A stretch of 64,000 nt of DNA. Origin: a virus. Where the stretch lies: positions 64,001-128,000 of the IMG/VR virus record IMGVR_UViG_3300028920_000002; one strand, 5' to 3'. Shown one piece after another: positions 18,331-27,700 of the stretch. Under the pieces are notes generated by a model. The model did not search any database. It saw only the letters and a program-made list of their open reading frames with translations, and was not told where the DNA came from. Numbering within the stretch: the stretch's first letter is position 1; every line of letters starts with the position of its first letter. The position numbers and the translations under genes are program-made.

Positions 18331-18590
18331 TTACCCACCCAGCACCTGGCGTTGTCGAGGTCAACTACATGTGGCTACCCGCCTGGATTGGCCTGAATCC
18401 AGTCGTCATGAAGGAGTTGGGTGACGCCTTGAAGCAGAAGGTGGAGGGCAAGGAGCTCAGCGAGGATGTGCTCGACGAGGTGCACGGCATGGTCGTCGAG
18501 TGGCTGGCTGGGCGATTCGCCGCTGTGAAGGGCCTAAAGGAGCATCTCGACCACCTCTCCGAAGTGGATATCGAGTCCGATGAAGAATGA
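18321..18590 (+). CDS. hypothetical protein
   Basis: 89-aa ORF. Confidence 0.6.
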   Translation: MRVVTHPAPGVVEVNYMWLPAWIGLNPVVMKELGDALKQKVEGKELSEDVLDEVHGMVVEWLAGRFAAVKGLKEHLDHLSEVDIESDEE

Positions 18591-18750
18591 CCGCACCTAC
18601 ATCCGTATCGATGCCAACCTCAAGAAGTGGGCGCAGGCGTACGCCAAGCGCAGGCACACCACTCTCTCAGAGCTCTTCACCCGCTTCCTGACCAACCTTC
18701 GGGAGCGCGAGAAGGAAAACAAGAACCCAACGGATGCACCGCAAATCTAA
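18580..18750 (+). CDS. ribbon-helix-helix DNA-binding protein (56 aa, not in ORF track)
   Basis: MKNDRTYIRIDANLKKWAQAYAKRRHTTLSELFTRFL fits CopG/Arc-type strand-helix-helix pattern. Confidence 0.7.
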   Translation: MKNDRTYIRIDANLKKWAQAYAKRRHTTLSELFTRFLTNLREREKENKNPTDAPQI

Positions 18751-19328
18751 TGGAGTACGAGGAGGTCAAGGACACCATCCAGGTGCCGGCGAACACCGGC
18801 ATCGAGGGGTTCCTGCACACCATCAGGGAGATTCTCCGCCGCTCAGGTGTGCAGAGCATCAACATAGATGCACGCGGTATGGTGTCCTACCGACGCTTCA
18901 TCCCCAAGACCAAGGATGGCGCCGACCTGCGCAACATCGGAGTGAGCTTCGAGGAGCTACAGCCCAGCGGCATAGTACGCAATGCGAACGTCGAAGAGGT
19001 GCAGCTCTACGACAACGTCAATGCCTCTGTGGTGGTGGGTGCTCTCTGCGATATGGCTCGGACCATCCGCTTGAACCCAACTGCATTCGTCAGCGGTGCG
19101 GACACCGTGTTCTGGGAGTGGCATCGGGCCACTACAGGGGTGAGTCTGCGAAGTCGCGACCATCTGTATGGTCTCCCCTTCCTGACCGACCGACTGATTC
19201 CCGACACGGCGTTGCTGCTGTGCGCGGGATACGGCAGGGACGCTTCCTTCGCCGACACACGACAGGTCTACAAGGTGGAGATGCCCTCCGCTGAACTACC
19301 GAACTCCGATGTGGAGGTAATACCATGA
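18750..19328 (+). CDS. hypothetical protein
   Basis: TAATG coupling; MEYEEVKDTI start. Confidence 0.7.
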   Translation: MEYEEVKDTIQVPANTGIEGFLHTIREILRRSGVQSINIDARGMVSYRRFIPKTKDGADLRNIGVSFEELQPSGIVRNANVEEVQLYDNVNASVVVGALCDMARTIRLNPTAFVSGADTVFWEWHRATTGVSLRSRDHLYGLPFLTDRLIPDTALLLCAGYGRDASFADTRQVYKVEMPSAELPNSDVEVIP

Positions 19329-19816
19329 GACCAGTGGCCAAAGCAGTTATCCGTGCCGGCCTCGTCCCACCGGACGTGCTTGCTCAAATGCAGAAGTGGG
19401 GTGTGGACGTAGAGCCTGTGCCGGAAGACCAGATTCTGGATAGCCCAGACAAGATTGTCGCTCACATCCAGGAGGCGCTGGAAAGCAAGGCGCAGGTGGA
19501 AATCACCGAGACCGACCTCGACATTCTGCATCGCTACCTGGACTCAGCCAAGCAGAAGCAGGGCCGCCTGCATCTGCGTGATGGCGAGGACAAGACGGTG
19601 GCCAAGGTGAGCTTCTGCGTCACGCAGATGGGCGACTTCGCCATACCCTGGCTCGATGAGGCCAACCCCGACATGTTCATCAACGGGGAGTCGTTCCTCC
19701 GCTACAAGGAGGGTGACGAGAGCCGGGATGTGTACTTCATCGATATGCGGGAGCTGCACTTCGGCGACCGCAAGGCATTCGTCGTCTGCACTCCTGGGGC
19801 GTCGAAGGAGGAGTGA
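19325..19816 (+). CDS. hypothetical protein
   Basis: 163-aa ORF. Confidence 0.7.
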   Translation: MRPVAKAVIRAGLVPPDVLAQMQKWGVDVEPVPEDQILDSPDKIVAHIQEALESKAQVEITETDLDILHRYLDSAKQKQGRLHLRDGEDKTVAKVSFCVTQMGDFAIPWLDEANPDMFINGESFLRYKEGDESRDVYFIDMRELHFGDRKAFVVCTPGASKEE

Positions 19817-19817
19817 G

Positions 19818-20282
19818 ATGTCTGAACAGGTAGCTGAGCTCTACCGAGCGTTGAAGCAGCGAATCGGTTACGAGGTGGTCAAGGAGCAGGTGACCAACAG
19901 CCAGATTCGTGTCATCGGCAGAGTTCCTCAGCAGCTGACGCGCAACTGGATTGTGGTCATGCATCACCTGCTGCTGGGGGAGAATGCCGCTCCTTGGAGC
20001 CTGGATGTCTCGAAGCAGTACTTCCTGCGCGGAGGTCAGGTGGTGTGGGGTTGGCGACTCATCTTCCAGGCAAGCAGCATCGAGGACCACATACCCGGCA
20101 TCATTCAGCTGCTGGGTAGTGCTCCAAAGGCCAAGTTCATGGTGGAGGAGCAGCGGCTGCCTGGTGTGCGCGGTCAGCGCGTGACCATGAACGACAGAGG
20201 CAAGGGTGCTTCGGGCGTGCTCAAGAGCCAAGCCGGTCCTCAAGCGGTGAAGCACGCTCAGCGCGTAGCTCGAGGTGCATGA
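19818..20282 (+). CDS. hypothetical protein
   Basis: GGAGGAG SD. Confidence 0.7.
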   Translation: MSEQVAELYRALKQRIGYEVVKEQVTNSQIRVIGRVPQQLTRNWIVVMHHLLLGENAAPWSLDVSKQYFLRGGQVVWGWRLIFQASSIEDHIPGIIQLLGSAPKAKFMVEEQRLPGVRGQRVTMNDRGKGASGVLKSQAGPQAVKHAQRVARGA

Positions 20283-20974
20283 TGCCAGGCACGGTCAGCA
20301 AAGAGCCGGTACAGTACGTCGACCCTGCGCTTCAGGAGGAGCAGAAGATTGCCACCGAGCTCCCAGAGGAGGAGCTGGAGGCCATCAAGTCTCGGATGAA
20401 GGCGCTCGATGAGCTCCTCGGCGAGAAGGGGCTGGCGAAGTACAAACTCGAAGTGATGTTCGGCAAGGACCACTCACTGCGCAAGCCGACCGGGGGCATG
20501 GTGAGTTTCTGGGAGAGTGGCAACAAGCTGCACGGTGGCGGGGACTCCAAACTCTACGTCTGCGATTCCATGGACCCCAAGAAGACCAAAGGGCCGGGCT
20601 GCGGTGCCTTCATCCCGGACAGCGCCAACGGGTTGAACTTCATCGTGTGCCCTGCCTGCGGCAAGATGTGGAAGAACGACCACATCACCGGCGAGTACTT
20701 CTACAAGCTCCCCATTCAGAGCTGGGCGGATGTACTACTCAAGTGGTTTCTGAAGCTGGAGATGAATGCCGACATCCGGGTGAAGTACCACAAGGACGAC
20801 ATCCGCAATGCGGCTGCGATTGAGCAAGAGAAGGAGAAGCGAGGAGAGGTTCTAGGCAAGGCTCGTAGTTTCGCTCAGCGTCCGTGCTACATTTATCCCC
20901 TGCGCAACATTATCAAGGACACGTCCGCCGGTGCCGATTTGCGCGGGCGGATTCTCGCGTTTCTGACGGCTTGA
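20279..20974 (+). CDS. Zn-binding hypothetical protein
   Basis: GCGAF..VCPACG. Confidence 0.7.
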   Translation: MMPGTVSKEPVQYVDPALQEEQKIATELPEEELEAIKSRMKALDELLGEKGLAKYKLEVMFGKDHSLRKPTGGMVSFWESGNKLHGGGDSKLYVCDSMDPKKTKGPGCGAFIPDSANGLNFIVCPACGKMWKNDHITGEYFYKLPIQSWADVLLKWFLKLEMNADIRVKYHKDDIRNAAAIEQEKEKRGEVLGKARSFAQRPCYIYPLRNIIKDTSAGADLRGRILAFLTA

Positions 20975-20977
20975 GCC

Positions 20978-21364
20978 ATGACCCTCCGAACCAACCCCGC
21001 CTACGCCCACATCGCCTATCGCAAGGCCATCCTCGGGCGCACGATTCAGTTCCTCTCCGACAACTTCCTGGCTCTCAGCGCGGATGAGCCCAAGGACGTC
21101 ATCCTCTGTGAAGACGTCTTCCGAGAAGACAGTGAGGTGGACATCCGTTCCATCGAAGAGTACATCGAGGAGCTGCAGCAGGAAGAAGAGTCGCTGCGGT
21201 TGGAGCTTGCGAAGTTCGACTTCGTGAAAAAGGATGAGCATGAAGGGTTCAGAGGCAAGAAGAAAGAAGCGGGTGGAGCGCCAGGCCAGCAAGCGGGTGC
21301 AGAAGAAGGTCGTAAAGGCGGCCGGTCCCGGAAGCGTGCCGGCGGACGTCAGGCAAGTTCGTAG
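20978..21364 (+). CDS. hypothetical coiled-coil protein
   Basis: 128-aa ORF. Confidence 0.6.
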   Translation: MTLRTNPAYAHIAYRKAILGRTIQFLSDNFLALSADEPKDVILCEDVFREDSEVDIRSIEEYIEELQQEEESLRLELAKFDFVKKDEHEGFRGKKKEAGGAPGQQAGAEEGRKGGRSRKRAGGRQASS

Positions 21365-21821
21365 GGCGTTCGACCAGGTCGGCCACCACCTGCAGGTGCT
21401 CGGCAAGACCGTCAACGCCAACGTCCAGGTGATGCAGCAGGGCTTCTTCGCCAACGACATCTGGATGGAGTGCCTGAAGCGAGCTCTCGACGACGTGGCG
21501 ATGGGCACGCCCCGTCTCAGAACCAGGCAGGAGGATGCCGGCGACCGGGCCATCGAAGAAGCCGAGGGTCTGGATTGGGAGAGCTACTGGAAGGATGCGC
21601 ACGACTTCGTCATGGAGAAGGCGAAGGAGCAGGAGCGCGCCCGGCTAGCTCGGCAGGAGGCGGAAGACGCAGCTGCCAAGGAACAGGATGAGGAGGTCAA
21701 CGAGGCCGAGGAGGCTGCAGACCTCATCGAATTTGGAGGCGACTATGCACGTCCAGAAGAGCAAGAAGAGGGAACCGGCGAAGCTGGTGAAGGACTCGAA
21801 CGTGGCGGTGGTGAAGACTAA
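21234..21821 (+). CDS. hypothetical protein
   Basis: 195-aa ORF, basic N-terminus, acidic C-terminus. Confidence 0.6.
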   Translation: MSMKGSEARRKKRVERQASKRVQKKVVKAAGPGSVPADVRQVRRAFDQVGHHLQVLGKTVNANVQVMQQGFFANDIWMECLKRALDDVAMGTPRLRTRQEDAGDRAIEEAEGLDWESYWKDAHDFVMEKAKEQERARLARQEAEDAAAKEQDEEVNEAEEAADLIEFGGDYARPEEQEEGTGEAGEGLERGGGED

Positions 21822-21954
21822 CACCGTCGGCGGCATGCGTCAGATGCGCTGCCCCAAATGCCACAACATGGCCGTTCCGCAGAGGACGTCCGGCGGGCAG
21901 CCGGTGATGCGCTGCGGCAGCTGCGGCATGATGTTCAAGTGCACGGCTATGTGA
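21745..21954 (+). CDS. Zn-ribbon protein
   Basis: GGAGG SD; CPKC and CGSCG. Confidence 0.6.
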   Translation: MHVQKSKKREPAKLVKDSNVAVVKTNTVGGMRQMRCPKCHNMAVPQRTSGGQPVMRCGSCGMMFKCTAM

Positions 21955-22345
21955 GCCGCTTCATCACCCAGGCGGTGGATGCCAGCTCCCCAGCGATGTA
22001 GAACCCGAAGTCGATGTAGAGTTTGATGGCAGCTCGATTCTCTCTACGAACAGTGAGCATGGCTTGCGGCCTGGCGCCCAGGGCCATGTTCAGCATCTGC
22101 CTTGCCAGCCCTCGCCTGCGGAACTCTGGCACCACACCCAGACGAAGTACGTCTACCAGGTTGCCATCCATCGCCGCTAGTAGGTAGCCGATGATTCCAC
22201 GCTGCTTGTCCACAGCCACTAGACCGAAGCCGTACTCGAGCTCGCGGGCAATGGTGGCGGAGTTGAAGCAGTTCTCTCTGAAGAGTTCTATCTCGAGCGC
22301 TTCTAGCTCTTCAGCGTCGTCTTCGGTGGCGTCCCGGATTTCCAT
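21947..22345 (-). CDS. RimI-like GNAT acetyltransferase
   Basis: LGVVPEFRRRGLARQML acetyl-CoA motif; VRRENRAAIKLY..FGF. Confidence 0.85.
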   Translation of the reverse strand: MEIRDATEDDAEELEALEIELFRENCFNSATIARELEYGFGLVAVDKQRGIIGYLLAAMDGNLVDVLRLGVVPEFRRRGLARQMLNMALGARPQAMLTVRRENRAAIKLYIDFGFYIAGELASTAWVMKRLT

Positions 22346-22388
22346 GAGGTCGTAGTAGCAGAGTGGTATCGGTTGGAGGGTAGATTCC

Positions 22389-22637
22389 GTGGAAAAGCTC
22401 TGGTTCATTATCCGATTCTTCCGCAACGATGAGGAGCTCCCTGACTACGAGCCTGCTGAGGACAAGCGGCGGGTAGAGTCCTGTGTAAACGAGGACATCG
22501 CTCAGTTCAACAGCTTCTTTCAAGGACTTGGTAATGACCCACTCAGCAAGTTCGAGGTCTCTGCTATCAAGACCTACCTCGCCTGGAAACTTGGCCTCGC
22601 TCGGGAGAAGAAAGATGAGCTACCGCCCAGTAGTTGA
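22389..22637 (+). CDS. hypothetical protein
   Basis: 82-aa ORF. Confidence 0.55.
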   Translation: MEKLWFIIRFFRNDEELPDYEPAEDKRRVESCVNEDIAQFNSFFQGLGNDPLSKFEVSAIKTYLAWKLGLAREKKDELPPSS

Positions 22638-22935
22638 GTATTCGTGTGGTCGCTGCGCTCGGAAGTGGTACTCGGACCCACCGAAGGAGGAGCAGAAGGG
22701 CCCCGTCGCTCCTACGGTTGCGGTGAGCTACAGCGAGCCGGGAGAGGAGCCCATCGACATCTCGTTCGATGTACTCTGCGAGGGGTGCAAGAACACGGTG
22801 AAGAACCTGGTTCAATCCATCTCCAAGGAAATCAAGGGCAAGAGTCCGGCGCGACGGAAAGGTGGGGCTAAGAAGAAGGAAGAGCCGCGCACTCCTCCCT
22901 CTTCTTCCAAGGCGCATCCGAACCGGATGCCCTGA
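22615..22935 (+). CDS. Zn-finger hypothetical protein
   Basis: CGRC and CEGC. Confidence 0.55.
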   Translation: MSYRPVVEYSCGRCARKWYSDPPKEEQKGPVAPTVAVSYSEPGEEPIDISFDVLCEGCKNTVKNLVQSISKEIKGKSPARRKGGAKKKEEPRTPPSSSKAHPNRMP

Positions 22936-22936
22936 C

Positions 22937-23638
22937 TCACGCTTGAGCGCGGTCGTTGCGGTAGCGCCGCCGTCCAGCGGGCTTCTTGCGTCGGTAGGAG
23001 CTGTAGTGCCGCTTCGAGCTCGCCGGGCGGAAGACGCGCAGCCGACCGCCGGGCCACGCCACCACGAGCACCGGCACATCCGTATGCTCCGCTGGCTCAC
23101 GGTGCACTCGCAGACTTGAGCCTGGGTACATCTTCACTAGCCAGTGGCAGACGTTGCCCTCCACGCCGTGGTAACCGAAGTGGCCCGTGGACTCACTGAG
23201 GTCGGTGTTCCGCACCAACTCTACACCGGGGTTGTTGGAGAGGTCATGGTAATCACGCTCGATGCGTGGGCCCATGCGCGGGTGCTCCACCAGCTTCTCG
23301 GTGTAGGTGTTCGCTCTCAGGAACACCTTGCCACCGGGCGGGGCCGGGATGGCGATGTGCACCAGAGCGAGCGGGTCACTCTGCCGCGCTTCACGCTTCA
23401 TCGACACCAGGCGGAACGGACCTCGGTCAGCAATACGTGCATAGGGCAGATGTAAGTCCTTACCCTCGGCGTACTTCTCGAAGTCCTCTACCAGCTGACC
23501 ACCAGCCATCAGAAAGCGGTCGGCGATGTAGACACCTACGCCGGCGTCGCCATCACAGATGCGGAGGAATCTCGTATGCGGCTCCGGCTCATCCTCGCGG
23601 AGAGTCGGGTAGTCTTCCGTCACCAAGTAGCACTTCAT
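22937..23638 (-). CDS. hypothetical protein
   Basis: GAGGAG SD and class-1 motif upstream of ATG 23638; Arg-rich tail. Confidence 0.7.
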   Translation of the reverse strand: MKCYLVTEDYPTLREDEPEPHTRFLRICDGDAGVGVYIADRFLMAGGQLVEDFEKYAEGKDLHLPYARIADRGPFRLVSMKREARQSDPLALVHIAIPAPPGGKVFLRANTYTEKLVEHPRMGPRIERDYHDLSNNPGVELVRNTDLSESTGHFGYHGVEGNVCHWLVKMYPGSSLRVHREPAEHTDVPVLVVAWPGGRLRVFRPASSKRHYSSYRRKKPAGRRRYRNDRAQA

Positions 23639-23671
23639 GGTGTCTCCTCTCGTTCTGGGAACGTGGTTCCC

Positions 23672-23688
23672 ACCAGGATTCTTATCCC
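23672..23688 (-). promoter_or_regulatory. class-1 motif
   Basis: GGGATAA-GAATCC-TGGT. Confidence 0.7.
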
Positions 23689-23708
23689 GTATTCGAGAGG
23701 AGTTTTGG

Positions 23709-23969
23709 TTATGCTGCCGCGGGACGAAGTGCTCCCTCAACTGCATTGACCGCGAAGGACAAAGCAGTCTGGACATCTTCAGTGCTCGCGTCGATGCCCT
23801 TCAGGACACCCAGAGCGACCTCAGCCCCTGCCGGGCTCGAGACCTCAAGCCCACGCAGTTGCTGGGCCTCCTTGGTGTGCCCTGAACGCGCGAGCACGTC
23901 ACGGCACAGCTCAACGCTGATGGTGGCGTTCTCGTAGTTCACTGGGTTCACCTGAGGGATGAGGTACAT
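23709..23969 (-). CDS. hypothetical protein
   Basis: 86-aa ORF below AT-rich tract. Confidence 0.55.
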   Translation of the reverse strand: MYLIPQVNPVNYENATISVELCRDVLARSGHTKEAQQLRGLEVSSPAGAEVALGVLKGIDASTEDVQTALSFAVNAVEGALRPAAA

Positions 23970-24141
23970 CTCTATTTACAATTTGGTTCTTCTTCCGTGT
24001 ACTTGCAAGAGAAAATCGTCATTGTACTTCAACGGTCAAGTGAACAATCGATGAAGTAATTGGGGCTAGAAGAAGAAAACTCTAGTGTTCACAAGACCTT
24101 GCGCGGGGCGCCCCACGTTGGGACGCCCCGGCACAGTCCGG

Positions 24142-24372
24142 TCACGGCAGCGGGAACGGCAGCACCTTCTTGGCGATGAAGATGAGCGCCACGCCGGCGA
24201 TGGTCATCGCGCCAGCGTTGCACAGCACATCGACGGACCGATGGCCCGCGGCGCGCAGCGCGACTCTCGTCCTGCTCTCGGTCTCGGTGACCGGAGCGGG
24301 GGTGGGTGCAGGCGCGCTCTGAATCGGGGCGCCGTTGCCGGGCTGGGGATTGGTCTGGGTTGCGTCGCTCAT
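24142..24372 (-). CDS. small protein with C-terminal TM helix
   Basis: GAGGAG SD before ATG 24372; in-frame GTG 24555 has its own motif and SD, so a longer isoform is possible. Confidence 0.55.
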   Translation of the reverse strand: MSDATQTNPQPGNGAPIQSAPAPTPAPVTETESRTRVALRAAGHRSVDVLCNAGAMTIAGVALIFIAKKVLPFPLP

Positions 24373-24408
24373 GATTCTCTCCTCTGCAGAGTGTGGGCTC
24401 TTTGCCCT

Positions 24409-24425
24409 TCCACTCTTCTTATCCC
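24409..24425 (-). promoter_or_regulatory. class-1 motif
   Basis: GGGATAA-GAAGAG-TGGA. Confidence 0.7.
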
Positions 24426-24572
24426 GCTTCCTGCGCGGTTTTTGCTCTGGCTGGGGAAGCGCGTAGCCAGCATCTGACAGGGTGTACGTGAGCGGGCGCT
24501 TCTCGGGGTTCCGCTCGTACGTCTTCTTCGACTCTCGTTCTTGAATCTCCGGCACCGGGTCTCCTTTCCGCG

Positions 24573-24589
24573 TCCACTTTTGTTATCCC
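24573..24589 (-). promoter_or_regulatory. class-1 motif
   Basis: GGGATAA-CAAAAG-TGGA. Confidence 0.7.
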
Positions 24590-24594
24590 TTCAA

Positions 24595-24712
24595 CCGGAC
24601 GAAGTTTGCGGGAGGGGCGAGCCACAAGAGGGACCGGCAAGCCACACAGTGGCGAACGAGCACTCTGCTCCGCCGGCAGGACCAGCGGTGGAAAGGAGGT
24701 GTGACTCACCCC
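24595..24712 (-). ncRNA. candidate structured small RNA or leader
   Basis: four consecutive hairpins directly after class-1 motif at 24713..24729. Confidence 0.35.
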
Positions 24713-24729
24713 TCCAGAACTGTTATCCC
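24713..24729 (-). promoter_or_regulatory. class-1 motif
   Basis: GGGATAA-CAGTTC-TGGA. Confidence 0.7.
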
Positions 24730-24780
24730 CACTTCCCTGCTAGCTTTGCGGGGTGGGTCCCGTGGTAGAGTTGAGTGGTC

Positions 24781-27700
24781 ATGGTGATGACATCCACCGA
24801 GATTGCTGCGCTCAACGCGGGCTTCCAGCAGCAGACTATGGCCGGCATGCAGCACGCTGGGATGATTAGTCAGTACGCTGCGACGAGAGACCCATCTCAA
24901 GGGGCGGACCAACTGGCGGGCAACATAGTCAACCGAACTGCAGCCATCGGAGCTCCGATGGCTGGACTCGGTATGATGCTGGCCGGGGTAGACCCCATTA
25001 GCATGGGCATCAAAGGCGGCATGGGCGCTGCCGCCATGGGTGCTAGTGGATTCGGAATTGGTGCTGCTGCGCTGGGTGGTGCTGCCGCGGTAGGTGTTCC
25101 GATGATGGCCGCCCAATATGCCGGTGGTCAGATGATGACCGGTATGCAGCAGCAGCAGATGCTGCAAAGCACCATGCGTCAGTACTACCGAGAGCCGAAT
25201 ATGTACGGCCAACTCGGTCCTACTCGAGGTCAGGTGGGGGACATGGGCGCAAGCATGCGCATGATGTCTCAGCAGCGTGGCCCTGGTGGTGAATTCACCA
25301 GTATGGAAGAGCTAGGTCGCCTGGCTGCCAACATGGGTCGGATGGGACTCGACCAGGGCGTGCGCAACGCCAAGGACTTCAACGAGCAGTTCCAGAAGAT
25401 GCTCAAGGCGGTGAAGCAAGTAGCCACCGACCTTGGTACTTCGCTGGAGCAGGCGCAGCAGACCATGGCGTCCATGCGCGCTGCCGGCGTACTTGAGCGT
25501 GGTGGCCAAGTACGCATGGCCGCACAGATGCGGCAGGGGGCCTTGGCGGGAGGCATCGCTACCTCAGAGATTGCGGGCATGGCGATGGTCGGCTCGCAAA
25601 TCTCGAGGATGATTGGTGGGAGGGGAGCCGCTGGTGCAGAAGCGGGCGCCTCTTTGATGACCGACATCGGCGCCGCCCAGCGGGTAGGAGCGTTGAGCGA
25701 AGAGCAAATCTACAACGCTACCGGCCTCACCGGCGCCGAAGGGCGAAGGGCCCTGGCTACCGGGATGATGCAGAATACTGCTCGCTTCCTCAAAGGAGGA
25801 CTGGGCCGGCGCTTCTTGGCATCGGTAGCCGGAGAGAACGGTCAGGTCAACCAAGAGGACATTGATGAGTATCTGGCTGGCGGCGTTGGTACTGGACGCA
25901 CGATGCAGATGGCCGCCCGCAACCTCGGTCGTGTGGGCAGGGCGGGTTTCATCCGAAATGAAGGCAGGTATCGTGGAGAGGCCATGCGCGCCCTGCGTGG
26001 CCAGGGCTCAGCCCTGGTTCTTCGTAGCTGGATGAATCAGCGCGGCATGAACGTCGATGACATGGACGACCGCTCCATGATTTGGATGAAGCGGCGTACT
26101 GGCATGGACTACGAGCAGCTAGAGGCAGCGATGAGTCTGCTGCGCAACCAGACACGCATCTCCATGCGCCGAGAGATGTCTGCGGAGCAAGACCAGAACG
26201 TCCAACGGTTGAATCGTCAGCGCCAGCAGCGCGGTGTTCAGGGAGTCAAGAGGCAGGTAGAAGATTTTCGGGCCAAGGTACAGGGCACGCTTCAACAGAT
26301 GGGCGCTGACTTGTATGAGGGCGCGTCAGAGCTGACTGAGGCGTTCATCAACAAGTTGACCGACAACTACGTCACTTCGATGAACCGCGACGTGACGGAG
26401 ATAGCCAGGGAGCTGCGAGTTGGTGGGGCGGCAGCTCGCCAAGGAGCTCTTGGAGAATTGGGTGTTGGACCTCAAGGTGGCATCCTTGGCTTTAAGCGCG
26501 GGGCTACGCTTGGAGTGGGTACGACTGGTCAGATGGGCATGCGTCAGTTGTACGGTGAAGGACTCACGGGTGGTTACGCAGGGGTGCAAGCTCGCAACCA
26601 ACGGGTCTTCTCTGACGTTGACCGTGCTGGGTTTGCTGGGTCGGATATCGATACCGGCAGCATGGCGAGCGTTCGTAAGGGCTTGCTCGAGTACAACCAG
26701 GTCCAAGACTCCTTCTTCACTGAGCGACACCAGAGTGCACGAGACCTCGGCAAGAAGTACGAGCTGGAGTTCAAGGCGGCTATCGGGTCCCGGGAGATTC
26801 GTGGGCAGCGCATGAATCGTGTGCGCTCATTTCAGTGGTGGCTCTCGGAAAAAGCCAAGACGGACAAGGATGCTGCTGCGCTCTATTCGCAGATACAGGG
26901 TGGTGGAATTGAGGGTAAGAAGAGGGCGGCTGCTATCTATGGAGAGCTTGCTCGTGGTGCCAACGCAGGCGCTGAAGCGCAATTCATGGGCACTCCCACC
27001 CTTGAGGGCATCTATGGTGGAGGAGCATTCCTCACCACGGGACAACGTGAACGGGCGGTCGGTGGCGCGTTTCTTCAGGGACGCCAACTTCGGGAAACCG
27101 TAGTCGAGGCCGAGACCCGAGGGCGCGTAGAAGACGTAGCTGGCGCCTTGGGGGGCGCGGCCGGTACGGTGGCGGAGATTGCCGGTTTCGGCCTGGTCAG
27201 TGCTAGGGAGGGTAAGGAGTTTGGTCAGCGTGTTGCTGATTGGCTCACACCAACAGTGGCCAAGGTCGCCGGTGTTGAGGGGGCGGTCGGTATTACTGGT
27301 CGTGACCGTGCGGCTGTAGGCCGCTTCATGGAGGGTGAGCGCGGTCAGGAGATGATGCGCGCCATGCTGAGCGAGGACCACGCTGTTCGTCGAGCAGCTA
27401 TGGGCCAAGCTGCCACGCGTTTCATGGAGCTGGGTCAACGGATGGAGAAGGCCGGTCTAGGAGGGCTCACACAAGAGGAGCGTACTCAGTACCTGGCTAC
27501 TCAAGGAATGCTGGCGGGCTCGCAGTATGCTGAGATGTTGTCAGAGTATGGCGTGACTTCCCTGGACCAACTATCCGAAGCGGACCGTGAAATCGCTGAG
27601 GGTAGGTTGAAAGAGATTGCCACACGTTGGGGTATGGGAGACCCCAAAGCTGTGGTCAATGCACACGCCACAATGGGCGCAAGTCTCACCAGAGCACAGT

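Noticed and set aside
23672-24729. DnaA-box cluster / oriC
   Set aside because: Sites read TTATCCC, not TTATNCACA, and always carry the N6-YGGW partner oriented toward a gene, which fits promoters better.
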